DNA of 64,000 nucleotides, from assembly GCA_044344255.1 (NCBI GenBank), contig JBIJDH010000013.1, positions 32,001 through 96,000 of the forward strand, written 5' to 3'. The notes under the pieces are model-generated. The model did not search any database. It saw nothing but the letters and a program-made list of their open reading frames with translations, and had not been told where the DNA came from. This stretch comes from Myxococcota bacterium (lineage in GTDB: Bacteria; Myxococcota_A; UBA796; UBA2385). This document shows positions 54,690 through 64,000 of this stretch, one piece after another; positions within the stretch are counted from its first letter, which is position 1; every line of letters begins with the position of its first letter. Made by a program: the position numbers and the translations under genes.

Positions 54690-56147
54690 TCAGCCGCGGC
54701 GGCGCCGCAGGCCCCAGCCCACGAGGCCGACCAGCGGGAGGAAGCCCATCCACGAGGGAGGAGCGCCGGTGTCCGAGAAGCCCACCGTGCTCACCCAGGG
54801 CTCGACCCCTTCGTCGGCGGTGAGCGTGATGTCCCGGGCGCTGGTGGGAGAGAGCTGTGCGGCGAAGATCGTGATCGGGCGGGAATCGTAGACGTAGTCG
54901 GGGCTGAGGAAGCCGTCGGACTCGAGCTTTCGGAGCACCTGCTCCATGGTCTTGTTCTCGTCCCCGGCGAGCACGGCGTCGGCGGTCTCGACGAGCACGT
55001 CCCACACCGTCTCGGCCAGCTCCGCCACCGCGTCGGCCAGCCAGATGACATCGACGGGCTGGCTGGTGTCCGTTGAGGTGCCCCCGCCGCAGCCTTCCCC
55101 ATCCTGCGCCGCCTGTCCGGCCTCCGCGAAGGCCTTGAGCAGCAGCGGGTACTCGTCGTGCGCCCAGCCCAAGGGCGCGGCGTAGAGGAGGGCCAGCTCG
55201 CCGGGGTGCCCGTCCGAGAAGCGGGAGAGGCGCGCGTCCGCGGCGGGGAAGGCCCGATCGGGCGTGACCACGTCCCAGCCCTCCACGCGCGGCATCGGCG
55301 CCCAGGCGCCGCCGGCCGGGGCCATCGCCACCTCCCCCGTCGCGACGAGCTCGATCGTGAAGGCGTCCTGCGCCGAGAGGGCCGAGATGGCGAAGGGCAG
55401 CCGTACGTCTCGCCCCGGCATCAGGAAGGGCACGACGTCCGTCGGGATGGAGTTGCGGGAGGAGGTGTCTTCGATGGAGGAGACCAGGAGAGGCCGCCCC
55501 ACCCCGGCGTGCTCGATCAGCGCCGCGCGGGCCTCCTCGGAGAACTCGAAGCCTTCGCCCTCGGCGTCGGTCAGCCACTTGTCGAACTCGACCGCCGGTA
55601 CGGTGCGCATCGACTGGACGGTGTTCGGTCGCTCATCGGGCATCTCCCAGAAGCGGTAGATCGGCAGGCCCGGGCTGGCTGAACGCCCGCTGTATGGGGG
55701 CGTGGTGCCGCCGAAACCGCCGCCAGACCAGGGGGGCAGGTCTCCCTCCTCGACCGCGGCGGCGCCCGTGTCGCTCGAGCTCTCCACGCTGGTGCCACCT
55801 GCGCAGCCCAGGGGCGAGCAACCAGCGTCGGAGGTGAAGCGGGCGTCGGGCTGGTAACGCTGCGAGCCGGTGAGGAGCAGCCGGTCCAGCTGGATCGGCT
55901 TCATCAGCGTGTGGAGCTGGGAGGGCTCGACCTCCAGCGGGATGATCCAGAGGAAGGTCCGCGCGCCGGTGATGAGGGCCTGGGTCGCGACGACGGTGCC
56001 CTTGTCATCCTCGGCGACGAGCACGCGCACCGCGGAGAATCGAGGCACGCCGCGGCCATCTCCCACGAGGAGGCCCATGGCCTCGGCCGGGGCGACGAGC
56101 TCAAGGAGGCCGAGGAGGCTGAGGGTGCTGATGGAGCTCGTGATCAT
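54690..56147 (-). CDS. DUF2330-like exported protein with a MYXO-CTERM-like C-terminal anchor
   Basis: Signal peptide, FLWIIPL and RLPFAIS motifs, C-terminal hydrophobic helix followed by RRRR. Confidence 0.6.
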   Translation of the reverse strand: MITSSISTLSLLGLLELVAPAEAMGLLVGDGRGVPRFSAVRVLVAEDDKGTVVATQALITGARTFLWIIPLEVEPSQLHTLMKPIQLDRLLLTGSQRYQPDARFTSDAGCSPLGCAGGTSVESSSDTGAAAVEEGDLPPWSGGGFGGTTPPYSGRSASPGLPIYRFWEMPDERPNTVQSMRTVPAVEFDKWLTDAEGEGFEFSEEARAALIEHAGVGRPLLVSSIEDTSSRNSIPTDVVPFLMPGRDVRLPFAISALSAQDAFTIELVATGEVAMAPAGGAWAPMPRVEGWDVVTPDRAFPAADARLSRFSDGHPGELALLYAAPLGWAHDEYPLLLKAFAEAGQAAQDGEGCGGGTSTDTSQPVDVIWLADAVAELAETVWDVLVETADAVLAGDENKTMEQVLRKLESDGFLSPDYVYDSRPITIFAAQLSPTSARDITLTADEGVEPWVSTVGFSDTGAPPSWMGFLPLVGLVGWGLRRRRG

Positions 56148-57082
56148 CGCGCGCTCGCCTCCCGATGGGTCGGTGCCGGAGGTTGGCGGTGCTTGGAGTC
56201 AGGCTGCCGCCCCTCGCCGGGGCCGAAGCGCATGCCGATGGAGAGCGCGGGCAGGTTCCGGGAGCCGAGCTCCTCGATGATGATGTCGCAGTCATCACAG
56301 TGGACCTGCCACTCCTCGCGGAGGGGCACGGCGAAGGCGGCCCCGAGGTTGAGCGCGACCTCTGAGCGGGTGTCCGCCTTCATCGCGAGGTCGAGGCCGA
56401 TCGGCACCACCATCGCCAGCGTCCGCTCCCGGCGGAGCGAGAGGGTGCCCTGGGAGAGCTCGCCCTCGGGGATCTCGATGCTCACCTTCGCTTGATGCGG
56501 CTGCCACCAGAGCGCCGCCATCGGCCTCAGCGAGAGGTCGTGGTTCAAGGGGAGCTCCTTGCTGACCTGCACCCCGGCGGCGAGGCGGGGGCGCTGCACC
56601 CAGCTCATGCCGAGGCCGACCGCGAGGGAGAGGGGCGTTCGGCTGCGCCCCTCGTCGAGGGCGCTGAATCGCATGTAGGTGGGCGTCCCGAAGCCGGTGA
56701 CCAGCTCCAGCCCCTCGGTCAGCCGGAACTCCGTGGTCATGCCCAGGCGGGACCGCGGCCGCGACGTGGAGAGCTCAAGCGCGCCTCCGCCCACGTCGCT
56801 GGCTCCGACGGTCGCGCCGTCGAGATCCACGCCGCCGGAGAGGGTGACGCGGCCCACTCCGCCCTCGAAGCTGCTGGCGGGGATCGTCCCCACGGGCAGG
56901 CCCGGTCCGAACAGAGAGGCCATCACGGCGCCGAAGGTGAAAGTGCTTGTTGCCAAGAAAATCCCGAGGCCGACCTCAGCCGACCGGTGGAAACAGAGCC
57001 CGCTCAGACCACCTTCAAGGCGCCACTTCTGAAGACCACTCCCACCAGCCCGCGTCGTAATGAGACACGGAGTATCCCGCAT
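56144..57082 (-). CDS. Hypothetical protein, probable outer-membrane beta-stranded protein
   Basis: Alternating amphipathic strands ending ALSIGMRF; stop overlaps the next start; true start probably downstream of 57082. Confidence 0.5.
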   Translation of the reverse strand: MRDTPCLITTRAGGSGLQKWRLEGGLSGLCFHRSAEVGLGIFLATSTFTFGAVMASLFGPGLPVGTIPASSFEGGVGRVTLSGGVDLDGATVGASDVGGGALELSTSRPRSRLGMTTEFRLTEGLELVTGFGTPTYMRFSALDEGRSRTPLSLAVGLGMSWVQRPRLAAGVQVSKELPLNHDLSLRPMAALWWQPHQAKVSIEIPEGELSQGTLSLRRERTLAMVVPIGLDLAMKADTRSEVALNLGAAFAVPLREEWQVHCDDCDIIIEELGSRNLPALSIGMRFGPGEGRQPDSKHRQPPAPTHREASAR

Positions 57083-57752
57083 CTCGAAGGATGACCCAAG
57101 CCAAGGCCGACCGCACGCCGCCGGTGCACATCGTCACCACCGGGCCCGGAGGCAGGTCTGGGACCGTGTCCAGCAGGTGCTTCCATGGCAAGGAGCGCGC
57201 GCCCGGGACGTGGCCGCCGCGGGCCTCGCCGTAGAGGCGCGCCCCGGCGAATTCGTCCGGCTCCCGCACGTCGAGGAGCAGCGTCCCACCCTCCCCCAGG
57301 TGGGCGCGATCGACCCGCAGCTCGGGTCGCACGCTCGGCTCGAAGACCCCGGGGGTAGCGGCGCGTGGGAGGTGGTCGAGGCTGCCCGGCCAGGCCTCGA
57401 CCCCGCCGCGGAGCACGTAGACGTCGGAATGCCCGAGGTAGAGCAGGTCCCACGCGATACGGCCCTCCTCTCCCCATCCATGAGCCCACGCGCCGACGAC
57501 GAGCACCGGTCGCGCGGCGTCCACGCCGAGGGCCGCGAAGTCATGGGCGGCCAGCGCCGGCGGCCCGAGCGCGCCCGTCCGCAAGGAGCCGGTGACGCCA
57601 ATGCGCCAGTCCACACGTTGCGCGCCCGGGAGGTGTCCGCTCAGGAAGTCGAGCCGCCCGCGGCTGTCCAGGATCACCGCGCCGGCGTCTACCAAGCGAG
57701 CCGCCTCGGCGGCGTGTACGAGGATCGGCCTTGGGTGCGGGGTCGGCAGCAT
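57015..57752 (-). CDS. Tandem-domain rhodanese/sulfurtransferase
   Basis: GHLPGA, LDVREPDEF.G, GGHVPGA, active loop CTGGVRS, YDAGWWEWS. Confidence 0.92.
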   Translation of the reverse strand: MLPTPHPRPILVHAAEAARLVDAGAVILDSRGRLDFLSGHLPGAQRVDWRIGVTGSLRTGALGPPALAAHDFAALGVDAARPVLVVGAWAHGWGEEGRIAWDLLYLGHSDVYVLRGGVEAWPGSLDHLPRAATPGVFEPSVRPELRVDRAHLGEGGTLLLDVREPDEFAGARLYGEARGGHVPGARSLPWKHLLDTVPDLPPGPVVTMCTGGVRSALAWVILRDAGYSVSHYDAGWWEWSSEVAP

Positions 57753-57795
57753 CGCTCGAAGATATCGCGCGTCGCGGCCTCCCGCCCCGCCGTCC

Positions 57796-58329
57796 TCACG
57801 CTTCCGGGATGACCGGGAACACGTCGCCGACCAGGTCGCCGTCGTCTTCGCCCTCGGCGAGGTGGTGCCCCCAATGATCGGCGTGCTCGTTCTCGGGGTC
57901 CAGCGTCGCCGCCTTTTGAAAGGCCTCGGCGGAGCGGCGCATCAGCTCCTTCCAGATCGCGGCGTCTCCGAAGATGACCTCGTCTTGATCGGCCTGCTGA
58001 CGCAGGATCTCGCCGAGGAGGTTCCATCCGATCGACATCACCACCGCCTCGGGGAGGTCTTCCGTCCACTGCCCGCCCCCCTCCAGGATCCGGAGCGCCT
58101 CGGCGACCTGCTCTTCAGCCTCATCGAGCTGACCGGTTTCGGCGAGGATCCGCCCGAGCTCCAGGCGGGGCTCGGCGAGCCGCGGCTCCTGACGGAGGAC
58201 CTCGCGGAATCGGTCGGCGGCGCCGTCGATGTCTCCGGAGCGGCTCAGCTCGAGCCCCTCGACAAAACGAGCCTGGAGGGCGGTGAGCAGGGCCTCCGCG
58301 GCGGGGTCCTGGGACTTTTCTTCAGCCAT
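57796..58329 (-). CDS. Tetratricopeptide repeat protein
   Basis: AADRFREVLRQEP..AEPRLELGRIL, AFQKAATLDPEN. Confidence 0.8.
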   Translation of the reverse strand: MAEEKSQDPAAEALLTALQARFVEGLELSRSGDIDGAADRFREVLRQEPRLAEPRLELGRILAETGQLDEAEEQVAEALRILEGGGQWTEDLPEAVVMSIGWNLLGEILRQQADQDEVIFGDAAIWKELMRRSAEAFQKAATLDPENEHADHWGHHLAEGEDDGDLVGDVFPVIPEA

Positions 58330-59056
58330 GATCGGGATCTCCGAGGGGAGGCAGCTCCACCACGAGGCGCTCGCCGCCCAGGTGTGGCTCCCACCGTAAT
58401 ACCCCCTGCCCGCGCTCCACCAGCAGGCGCGCCGCGTAGATCGACCGCGCGACCGCGCCCGTCGGCAGCCGCTCGCCGAAGGCCTCGCTGAGATCCGCCT
58501 CGTCACCGGCGGGGCCGTCGAGCTCGACGACAAAGCCCGGCCCGCTCTGATGAGCGGTCACCTCGCTGGCGCAGCGCTCGAGGCCGGCGGAGAGCAGGTG
58601 CAAGGCGGCGGAGCTCAGGCCGACAGGGTCGATCATCACGACGCTGTCCGCCCCTCGCGACGAAAAGTGGAGCGGGCGCCCCCGCGCGCGGGAGCGGGCG
58701 CCGAGCGCCTGCACGGCGCTCTCCAAGGCTCGGCGCACCCCGGTGGGCTGACCGTACTCCAGCGGGCGGCTGCAGAGCGCCGCGTACCGATTGATGAGCT
58801 GCTCGAGGCTCCCGGACTGACCATTGATGGTCTCAAAGGGATCGAGGTCGCGGGCGACGATGCCGGCCTGGTGGAGCTGCACGACGGCCCGGAGCGCGAA
58901 GACCGGCTGGCGGAGCTCGTGGATCATCTCGGCCGCCAGCCGGCCGAGCTCGATCAGCCGGAGCTCCTCGACCCAGCGGTCCTGCTCGGCGCGGAGGGCG
59001 GCGGTGGCGAGGGGCGCCCCGTGCGGGGGAGGATCAGGCAAGGGGGAGCTGGGCAC
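58322..59056 (-). CDS. Sensor-less histidine kinase-like protein with an intact H-box and degenerate ATPase domain
   Basis: LGRLAAEMIHELRQP H-box; N-box reads HLLSAG; G2 GLGL absent. Confidence 0.7.
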   Translation of the reverse strand: MPSSPLPDPPPHGAPLATAALRAEQDRWVEELRLIELGRLAAEMIHELRQPVFALRAVVQLHQAGIVARDLDPFETINGQSGSLEQLINRYAALCSRPLEYGQPTGVRRALESAVQALGARSRARGRPLHFSSRGADSVVMIDPVGLSSAALHLLSAGLERCASEVTAHQSGPGFVVELDGPAGDEADLSEAFGERLPTGAVARSIYAARLLVERGQGVLRWEPHLGGERLVVELPPLGDPDHG

Positions 59057-59138
59057 GGTGACGGGGACGCTCGCGCGACGGGGGTTCTGGGAGCCTTGGC
59101 GGCTCCGGCGGCGCTGGGCTCCGCCGTAAGACGGGGAC

Positions 59139-62100
59139 CTACTCGGGCGCGCGCACCTGATTATCCACCAGGAGGTCGACCGTGCAGGCCTCGCTCGGAT
59201 TCCAAGCGGCGTCCTCCGCGGTGATCACGGCGCTGTACAGCCCATTCTCAACGACCAGCCCCGAGAGGGCCACGCCCGCCCAGGTGAGGCTGTCGGTGAG
59301 GCCCGTGGCGGGGAGGCGATCGGCGAAGGTGAGGCTGCCCTCCTCATCGAAGACCTGCAAGTGCCACCAGACCGGCAGCGCGTCGGCCTCGACCGCGAGC
59401 ACCACGGCGTCGGCCTCCTCCGGCAGGGCGCCGGCGTCGCCGTCGGGCCGGAAGACGCTGGTGTCGGGGCTGCACTCGACGAGGCTCGGCGCGGTCGCCA
59501 CGACGCCCCCGAAGGCGACGAAGAAGGGGCTGGCCACGCCGCTGTAGTTGCCGTCGATCCGGTTGCCGGCGGAGTCCTTGACCGCCGAGGCCAGCGCCAC
59601 GGACCAGATCCCGTCGAGGCCCGAGCCGGCCTCATCGAGCGTGAGCGTCACTTCACGCATGTCGGAGGACCAATCCACCGCCGTCACCGTGGCCGCCGAG
59701 CCGTCGGGGCGGGTCACGGCGACCAGGGTGCTGCCGAGCGAGATCGATCGCATGGCCTCGGAGAACTGGACCCCCACCTGTGTGAAGCTCTCGTCCGTGC
59801 TTCCGGTGGGGCTCACGGCGAGCACGTAGGGGAGGGCCCCGTCGCTGCTGACGGTGGCGGTGGCGCTGCCCCAGGCCGCCCCCGTGAACACGCCCGCCTG
59901 GACGGAGGCCGTGCCTGTGAAGATCTCGGAGAGCATCGACCAGCCCACTTCGGCCTCTCCGTTCCCGTCCAACACCACCTCGAGGCCCTGCCCGCTGGAG
60001 CTGAGCGTACTGCCGGCGCTCTGGAGCTCCCCGAGGTCGGGCCGGAGGTACAGGGTGCCCGCCACGGCGGGGTCACCCGTACAGTCGGTGGCGGAGACGG
60101 AGACGGTGGTGGTGCCGTCGGTGGCCGACCCGTTGATGAGGGCGACATCGGCTAACGCCAGCGCGATCGGCCCCGCAGGCTCCCCGTCATCATCCGCCAC
60201 CCAGACGGTGAGCGAGACCCGATCGGCGCAGGCCACGCTGTCCACCACCAGGGCATCCACGAAGTAGGCACCCTCCTCTGTCCACGAAGTGCGGAGATCG
60301 GCCTGGCTGCTCTTCCACCACCCACCCACCCCGGTGTCGAAGTGCCAGGCGACGACGGGTCGGTCACCCGCCGCGGAGCCTGCGGTCGATATCTCCACCT
60401 CGCGGGTGGTCCCCGCGCCGCTGCGACAGAGGGTGCGGTCGAGCGAGGTCCCGTCGAGGGTCACGGAGGCGGAGGGACCGGCGATGCAGTCAAAGACCAC
60501 GGCGTCGTAGTCGCCGCTCTCGACGGCGAGGCCGTCTCCGGCCACCCGGAGCTGGTCCATCAACCCGGCCAACACCGGCGTCCAGGTGGCCTCAACCCGG
60601 CCCTCCTGCCAATCCGAGAGGTAGGCAGGCGGGCCGAGCCCATCCACCGACGTGAGCGTCACCGTGGAGATCCAGGTGGGGTCTGGGTTCCCGAAGGTGT
60701 CCACGGCACCGACCCCCACCGCGAGGGGCTGATTGACCTCCACCCAGCTCGAGCCGAGGCTGAGCTCGAGCGCGACCGCCGGGCCGCCCAAGACGTCAAA
60801 CGGGGCCGAGACACCGTAGGTGGTCGTGCCCACGAGATCGAGCAGCCGGAGCCGATCTCCGTACATCGCGTGGATGAAGGTTCGAGAGATCGAGGCCTCA
60901 CCGTCCGCGTCGAGGTTGACCAAGGCCCCGGGGACATTGCCCGCGTCGTCGTAGAGGCTGAGCGCGGCGATCGTCTGGACCGTGTATGGGTTACCGTAAG
61001 CGTCAAAAGTGCTAATATCCACAGACAGAGCGCCCCCCGCCTCCACCTCGGTGACCCCACCGAGATCGAGGCGCGCGGTCGTCAGGGGACCGTTCACGGC
61101 GTCGAAGGGGCCCGAGTGTCCGCTCAGCCTGAGCAAAGGCAGGCCAACCGTAAGCTCCTTCCCCGGCTCAGCGCGGGTGACCACGCAGGAGTACTCGTTG
61201 GACTGTTCGACGTCTTCGACCACCCACAGGCAATCGACCGGCCCACCGTCATCGGAGAAGATCGGCGCCCCCTCGCCCACCCCATCGATCCCGACCGCGT
61301 TGCCGTAGCTGTCCGCGACGCTCACCCGTGCGCCAAAGGGGGCCCCCGCCGCCACCCGGACCTCCGCGACCGAGATCGTCACCCCGACCGGATCGGCGGG
61401 CAGGACGCGCAAGGCGCCGGACTCCCCGATGACACCGTCCTCACCGATGGCGGTGATGACAACCCCATCCCCGGCCGCCCAGAGGACCGCCGAGCACCAG
61501 GCGTCTCCGTCCTCACCGAAGCCTGCGCAGGACTGCTCCCCGCGGCCCGTGGTGGGGTTCAAACCACCGAGGGAGTCCCACAGCGTCACCGGCTGAGAAT
61601 AATCTGGGTTCGGGTTTCCGAAACGGTCTTCGGCCCGCAGGATGAGGAGGATGGGGCTGCCGCCGGCGACGGTCTCTTCGTTCAAGGTCTCCACCGCGAG
61701 GTGGTCGACCTCGCCGGGCTCCACCTCGATGTCGCCGGTGGAGCCGTCGAGCACGATGTCGGAGCCGATGAAGGTCGCGGTGAGCGCGTTCTTTGGACAG
61801 TCCGGGTGGGTGGTGGCGCGGGTGAGGACCACATCTCCGATCGACGCGCTGTCGACGATGGCCACGGTCTCCGTGAACCGCTCCCCCGGGCGGCCGCACA
61901 CCTCGGTCAGGCGGAGCTGACCGGTGACGTCCTGTGTGGTCAGCCCCTCTTCATCCTGGAGCTGGACGGTGACGCCGAAGGGCTCACCCACCGTCGGGAC
62001 GTAGCCGGTGAAGGGGAGCTCCACCGACAGTCGGGAGACCGCCCCGGCCACGAAGCTGAGAGACTCCCGCTCCCCCTCGACCAGGGAACCTTCGATGGCG

Positions 62101-62858
62101 GTGTCCACCTCGAGGATCAGCTCGCCAGGCTCTTCAGCGGTGATCCCGACCTGCCCTTGACCGGTCGGGCTGAGGCGACCCTGGAGGCCGCCAGCGTCAT
62201 CGATCTCCTCCCAGTCGGAGAGGGTGGTCGAAGAGAAGGTGAACTCGGGCGCCTCCGTGGGGTTGTGGACGCTGACCTTCACCGGGAGGTCAAGGGCGAC
62301 CGCCTGACCGTCCCGATCGAGGAGCTGGAAGTTGATCAACACCGGCGAGTGCAGCGGGTGGCTACCCGGGGCGGAGGAGACACGAAAGTGGTCGGCCGGA
62401 GTGTCCGTGACCTCGAAGGCCGCCTCGAGAGAATCAGAGGCCCCGCCTGGGCCGATCACGCTCAGCGTGTAGTCTCCTGTGGACAATCCCATCGGCACGC
62501 GAGCGACCAGCTCGTCGTAGGAGAGCATCGCCACCGCGGTGAGCGAGGCGGTCTCCGGCCCGCTGAGCTGCAGCTCAAACTGTCGATCGAGGCCCACCTC
62601 GTCCTTCCCCTTCGCCTCAACCCGGGGCAGGAAGTTCCGGCCCAGCACTCGGATGTCGGTGGTGACCCCGTTGTAGCCCCACGCGGGCACCACCTCTGCG
62701 AGCTCGGGCGCGGGCTGATCGGGCGCACAGCCGAGGGTGAGCGCCGCCACAGCGACCAAAACGATGCGCTTCCCCAAATTTTTGGCACTAAACGCCGCAC
62801 AACGCTCGACATGGAGCGTGTCGTCCGAGCGGGGCAGGGCGGAGCGCATCCTCACCAT
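59139..62858 (-). CDS. Large multi-Ig-like-domain surface lipoprotein
   Basis: TLGC lipobox, IPT/TIG-like N-terminus, repeated D.FGN/D.YGN Ig units, Big_5-like FSEAM...KDSAGN, FlgD-like C-terminus. Confidence 0.75.
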   Translation of the reverse strand: MVRMRSALPRSDDTLHVERCAAFSAKNLGKRIVLVAVAALTLGCAPDQPAPELAEVVPAWGYNGVTTDIRVLGRNFLPRVEAKGKDEVGLDRQFELQLSGPETASLTAVAMLSYDELVARVPMGLSTGDYTLSVIGPGGASDSLEAAFEVTDTPADHFRVSSAPGSHPLHSPVLINFQLLDRDGQAVALDLPVKVSVHNPTEAPEFTFSSTTLSDWEEIDDAGGLQGRLSPTGQGQVGITAEEPGELILEVDTAIEGSLVEGERESLSFVAGAVSRLSVELPFTGYVPTVGEPFGVTVQLQDEEGLTTQDVTGQLRLTEVCGRPGERFTETVAIVDSASIGDVVLTRATTHPDCPKNALTATFIGSDIVLDGSTGDIEVEPGEVDHLAVETLNEETVAGGSPILLILRAEDRFGNPNPDYSQPVTLWDSLGGLNPTTGRGEQSCAGFGEDGDAWCSAVLWAAGDGVVITAIGEDGVIGESGALRVLPADPVGVTISVAEVRVAAGAPFGARVSVADSYGNAVGIDGVGEGAPIFSDDGGPVDCLWVVEDVEQSNEYSCVVTRAEPGKELTVGLPLLRLSGHSGPFDAVNGPLTTARLDLGGVTEVEAGGALSVDISTFDAYGNPYTVQTIAALSLYDDAGNVPGALVNLDADGEASISRTFIHAMYGDRLRLLDLVGTTTYGVSAPFDVLGGPAVALELSLGSSWVEVNQPLAVGVGAVDTFGNPDPTWISTVTLTSVDGLGPPAYLSDWQEGRVEATWTPVLAGLMDQLRVAGDGLAVESGDYDAVVFDCIAGPSASVTLDGTSLDRTLCRSGAGTTREVEISTAGSAAGDRPVVAWHFDTGVGGWWKSSQADLRTSWTEEGAYFVDALVVDSVACADRVSLTVWVADDDGEPAGPIALALADVALINGSATDGTTTVSVSATDCTGDPAVAGTLYLRPDLGELQSAGSTLSSSGQGLEVVLDGNGEAEVGWSMLSEIFTGTASVQAGVFTGAAWGSATATVSSDGALPYVLAVSPTGSTDESFTQVGVQFSEAMRSISLGSTLVAVTRPDGSAATVTAVDWSSDMREVTLTLDEAGSGLDGIWSVALASAVKDSAGNRIDGNYSGVASPFFVAFGGVVATAPSLVECSPDTSVFRPDGDAGALPEEADAVVLAVEADALPVWWHLQVFDEEGSLTFADRLPATGLTDSLTWAGVALSGLVVENGLYSAVITAEDAAWNPSEACTVDLLVDNQVRAPE

Positions 62859-62954
62859 GTGAGCTTAGTGCAGTTCGGGCCGGCATGCCGACGCGCGGCC
62901 CACCGATCTTCCCGGGCGCGGGACACACCCCCTGCTCGTCAGACCGCCTGCTCG

Positions 62955-63998
62955 TCAGTATAGGAGCCGGTAGCCCAGGGTGGGCGCGAAGCCGCCGACG
63001 CGGCCGCTCCAGCCGCTTCCTTCACCGGAGATGGACAGTCCGAGGAAGGTCAGCTCCAGATCGATCTCGCTGCGCCGGACCCGCCATCCGACGCCGGCCG
63101 AGGCGCTCCAACCCGGCCCGGAGAGCCCGGGGCCGCGGGAGGAGTCTTGACTGCCGATGGTCACCTCGGAGCGGTAGGGCACGAGGACGGGGCCGCCCCC
63201 AAACCAGGTCGTGAGGCGGGCCCAAGGCTGCCGCGAGTACACGCCGACGCCGAGCGGGACGACGTCGATCGAGGCGCGCACGGCGTCTCCGGAGAGCTCG
63301 TCCTCGTCGAAGGCCACCCGACGAAACCAGGAGCCCCAGATCCGACCGTACCAGCGGCCGGGGATCCGGGGGAGGAGGAGGTCACCCGAGACACCGAAGA
63401 TGGCCGTACTCCCACCACCGCCGAAGATCGCGCCGCTCGAGAGGCCGGGCGCCCACTGCACCGTCGGGGGGAGGACCTCGATCTCGGTCGAAGTGTCGGC
63501 GAAGCGCGCCTCGGCCGACGAGACGGTGAGGCGGACGGTGCCCGAGATCATCCGTCCAGATGGAGTGAAGGTCGCCTCGTAGGTGCCCGCGCCCAGCTCT
63601 CTCGGCGAGGAGAGGGTGCCGTCGGTGGCCTGCAGCGAGAGCCCTTCGGCGGAGACGGGGTGGCCGGTGGCGTCGATGAGCCGTACGATCACACGGGCGC
63701 TCGCCCCGCCCCCCCCCACAACGGCGCGCGGCTCCGTGCTCAAAAATACAGATCGAACACGACCAGTTCTGATGGTGATCGGGAGCGCCGTGGACAGATC
63801 TGGGTCCTCCGGGCGAGCTCCGAGCTGAAGGCCAGGGAGGAGGCCCAGCTGGGCCTCTTCGTCGTCCACCCGAGCGACCCCGATCACCGGAGCGCGCTCC
63901 GTCCCCTGCGGGGCGACCGCTGGCAGGCGGGTCGACGGGATGGTGAAGGTGGCCCAGCCGCGAGTGTCGGTGGAGGCGACCGTGGCCGCGTCCTCAGC
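62955..63998 (-). CDS. Hypothetical exported protein with an invasin-like Ig domain and a C-terminal beta-barrel-like region (5'-truncated)
   Basis: VRLIDATGHPV...GAGTYEATF Ig motif; aromatic-ending strands (LGYRLLY); frame open to the window end. Confidence 0.6.
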   Translation of the reverse strand, partial: AEDAATVASTDTRGWATFTIPSTRLPAVAPQGTERAPVIGVARVDDEEAQLGLLPGLQLGARPEDPDLSTALPITIRTGRVRSVFLSTEPRAVVGGGGASARVIVRLIDATGHPVSAEGLSLQATDGTLSSPRELGAGTYEATFTPSGRMISGTVRLTVSSAEARFADTSTEIEVLPPTVQWAPGLSSGAIFGGGGSTAIFGVSGDLLLPRIPGRWYGRIWGSWFRRVAFDEDELSGDAVRASIDVVPLGVGVYSRQPWARLTTWFGGGPVLVPYRSEVTIGSQDSSRGPGLSGPGWSASAGVGWRVRRSEIDLELTFLGLSISGEGSGWSGRVGGFAPTLGYRLLY

Positions 63999-64000
63999 CT

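Overview
Very GC-rich bacterial chromosomal segment. The gene content (MopE/metal-binding and FG-GAP surface proteins, DADSD/DGADGT linkers, DUF2330 with a MYXO-CTERM-like tail, PEGA-type proteins, Hanks-type kinase) suggests a Myxococcota-like organism; this is an inference. About 50 CDS can be called, mostly core genes: era, der, mutL, miaA, accA, an aroA-cmk fusion, rpsA, rsmB, mutS, an amidase and xerD. No rRNA, tRNA, CRISPR array, transposase or phage genes were recognised. Main non-obvious features: (1) a 28-bp dif site at 49692-49719 where gene orientation flips (34 of 38 called genes on + to the left, 11 of 12 on - to the right), so the window probably spans the replication terminus; (2) between xerD and dif, a single-domain voltage-gated cation channel with an unusual TGEAWVD filter resembling eukaryotic CaV repeat IV, followed by two paralogous unannotated membrane proteins with oppositely charged tails, which is the best candidate for an undescribed system; (3) a ~1.2 kb insertion carrying an orphan Tdi1/GAD-like immunity gene and bounded by a decayed duplicate of the rsmB 5' region; (4) several apparent pseudoenzymes (SIR2-like, Ser/Thr kinase, His kinase, DsbA-like); (5) a CPA2 antiporter plus XRE-EIIA regulator with a candidate operator. 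All family calls come from motif recognition by eye; no searches were run.
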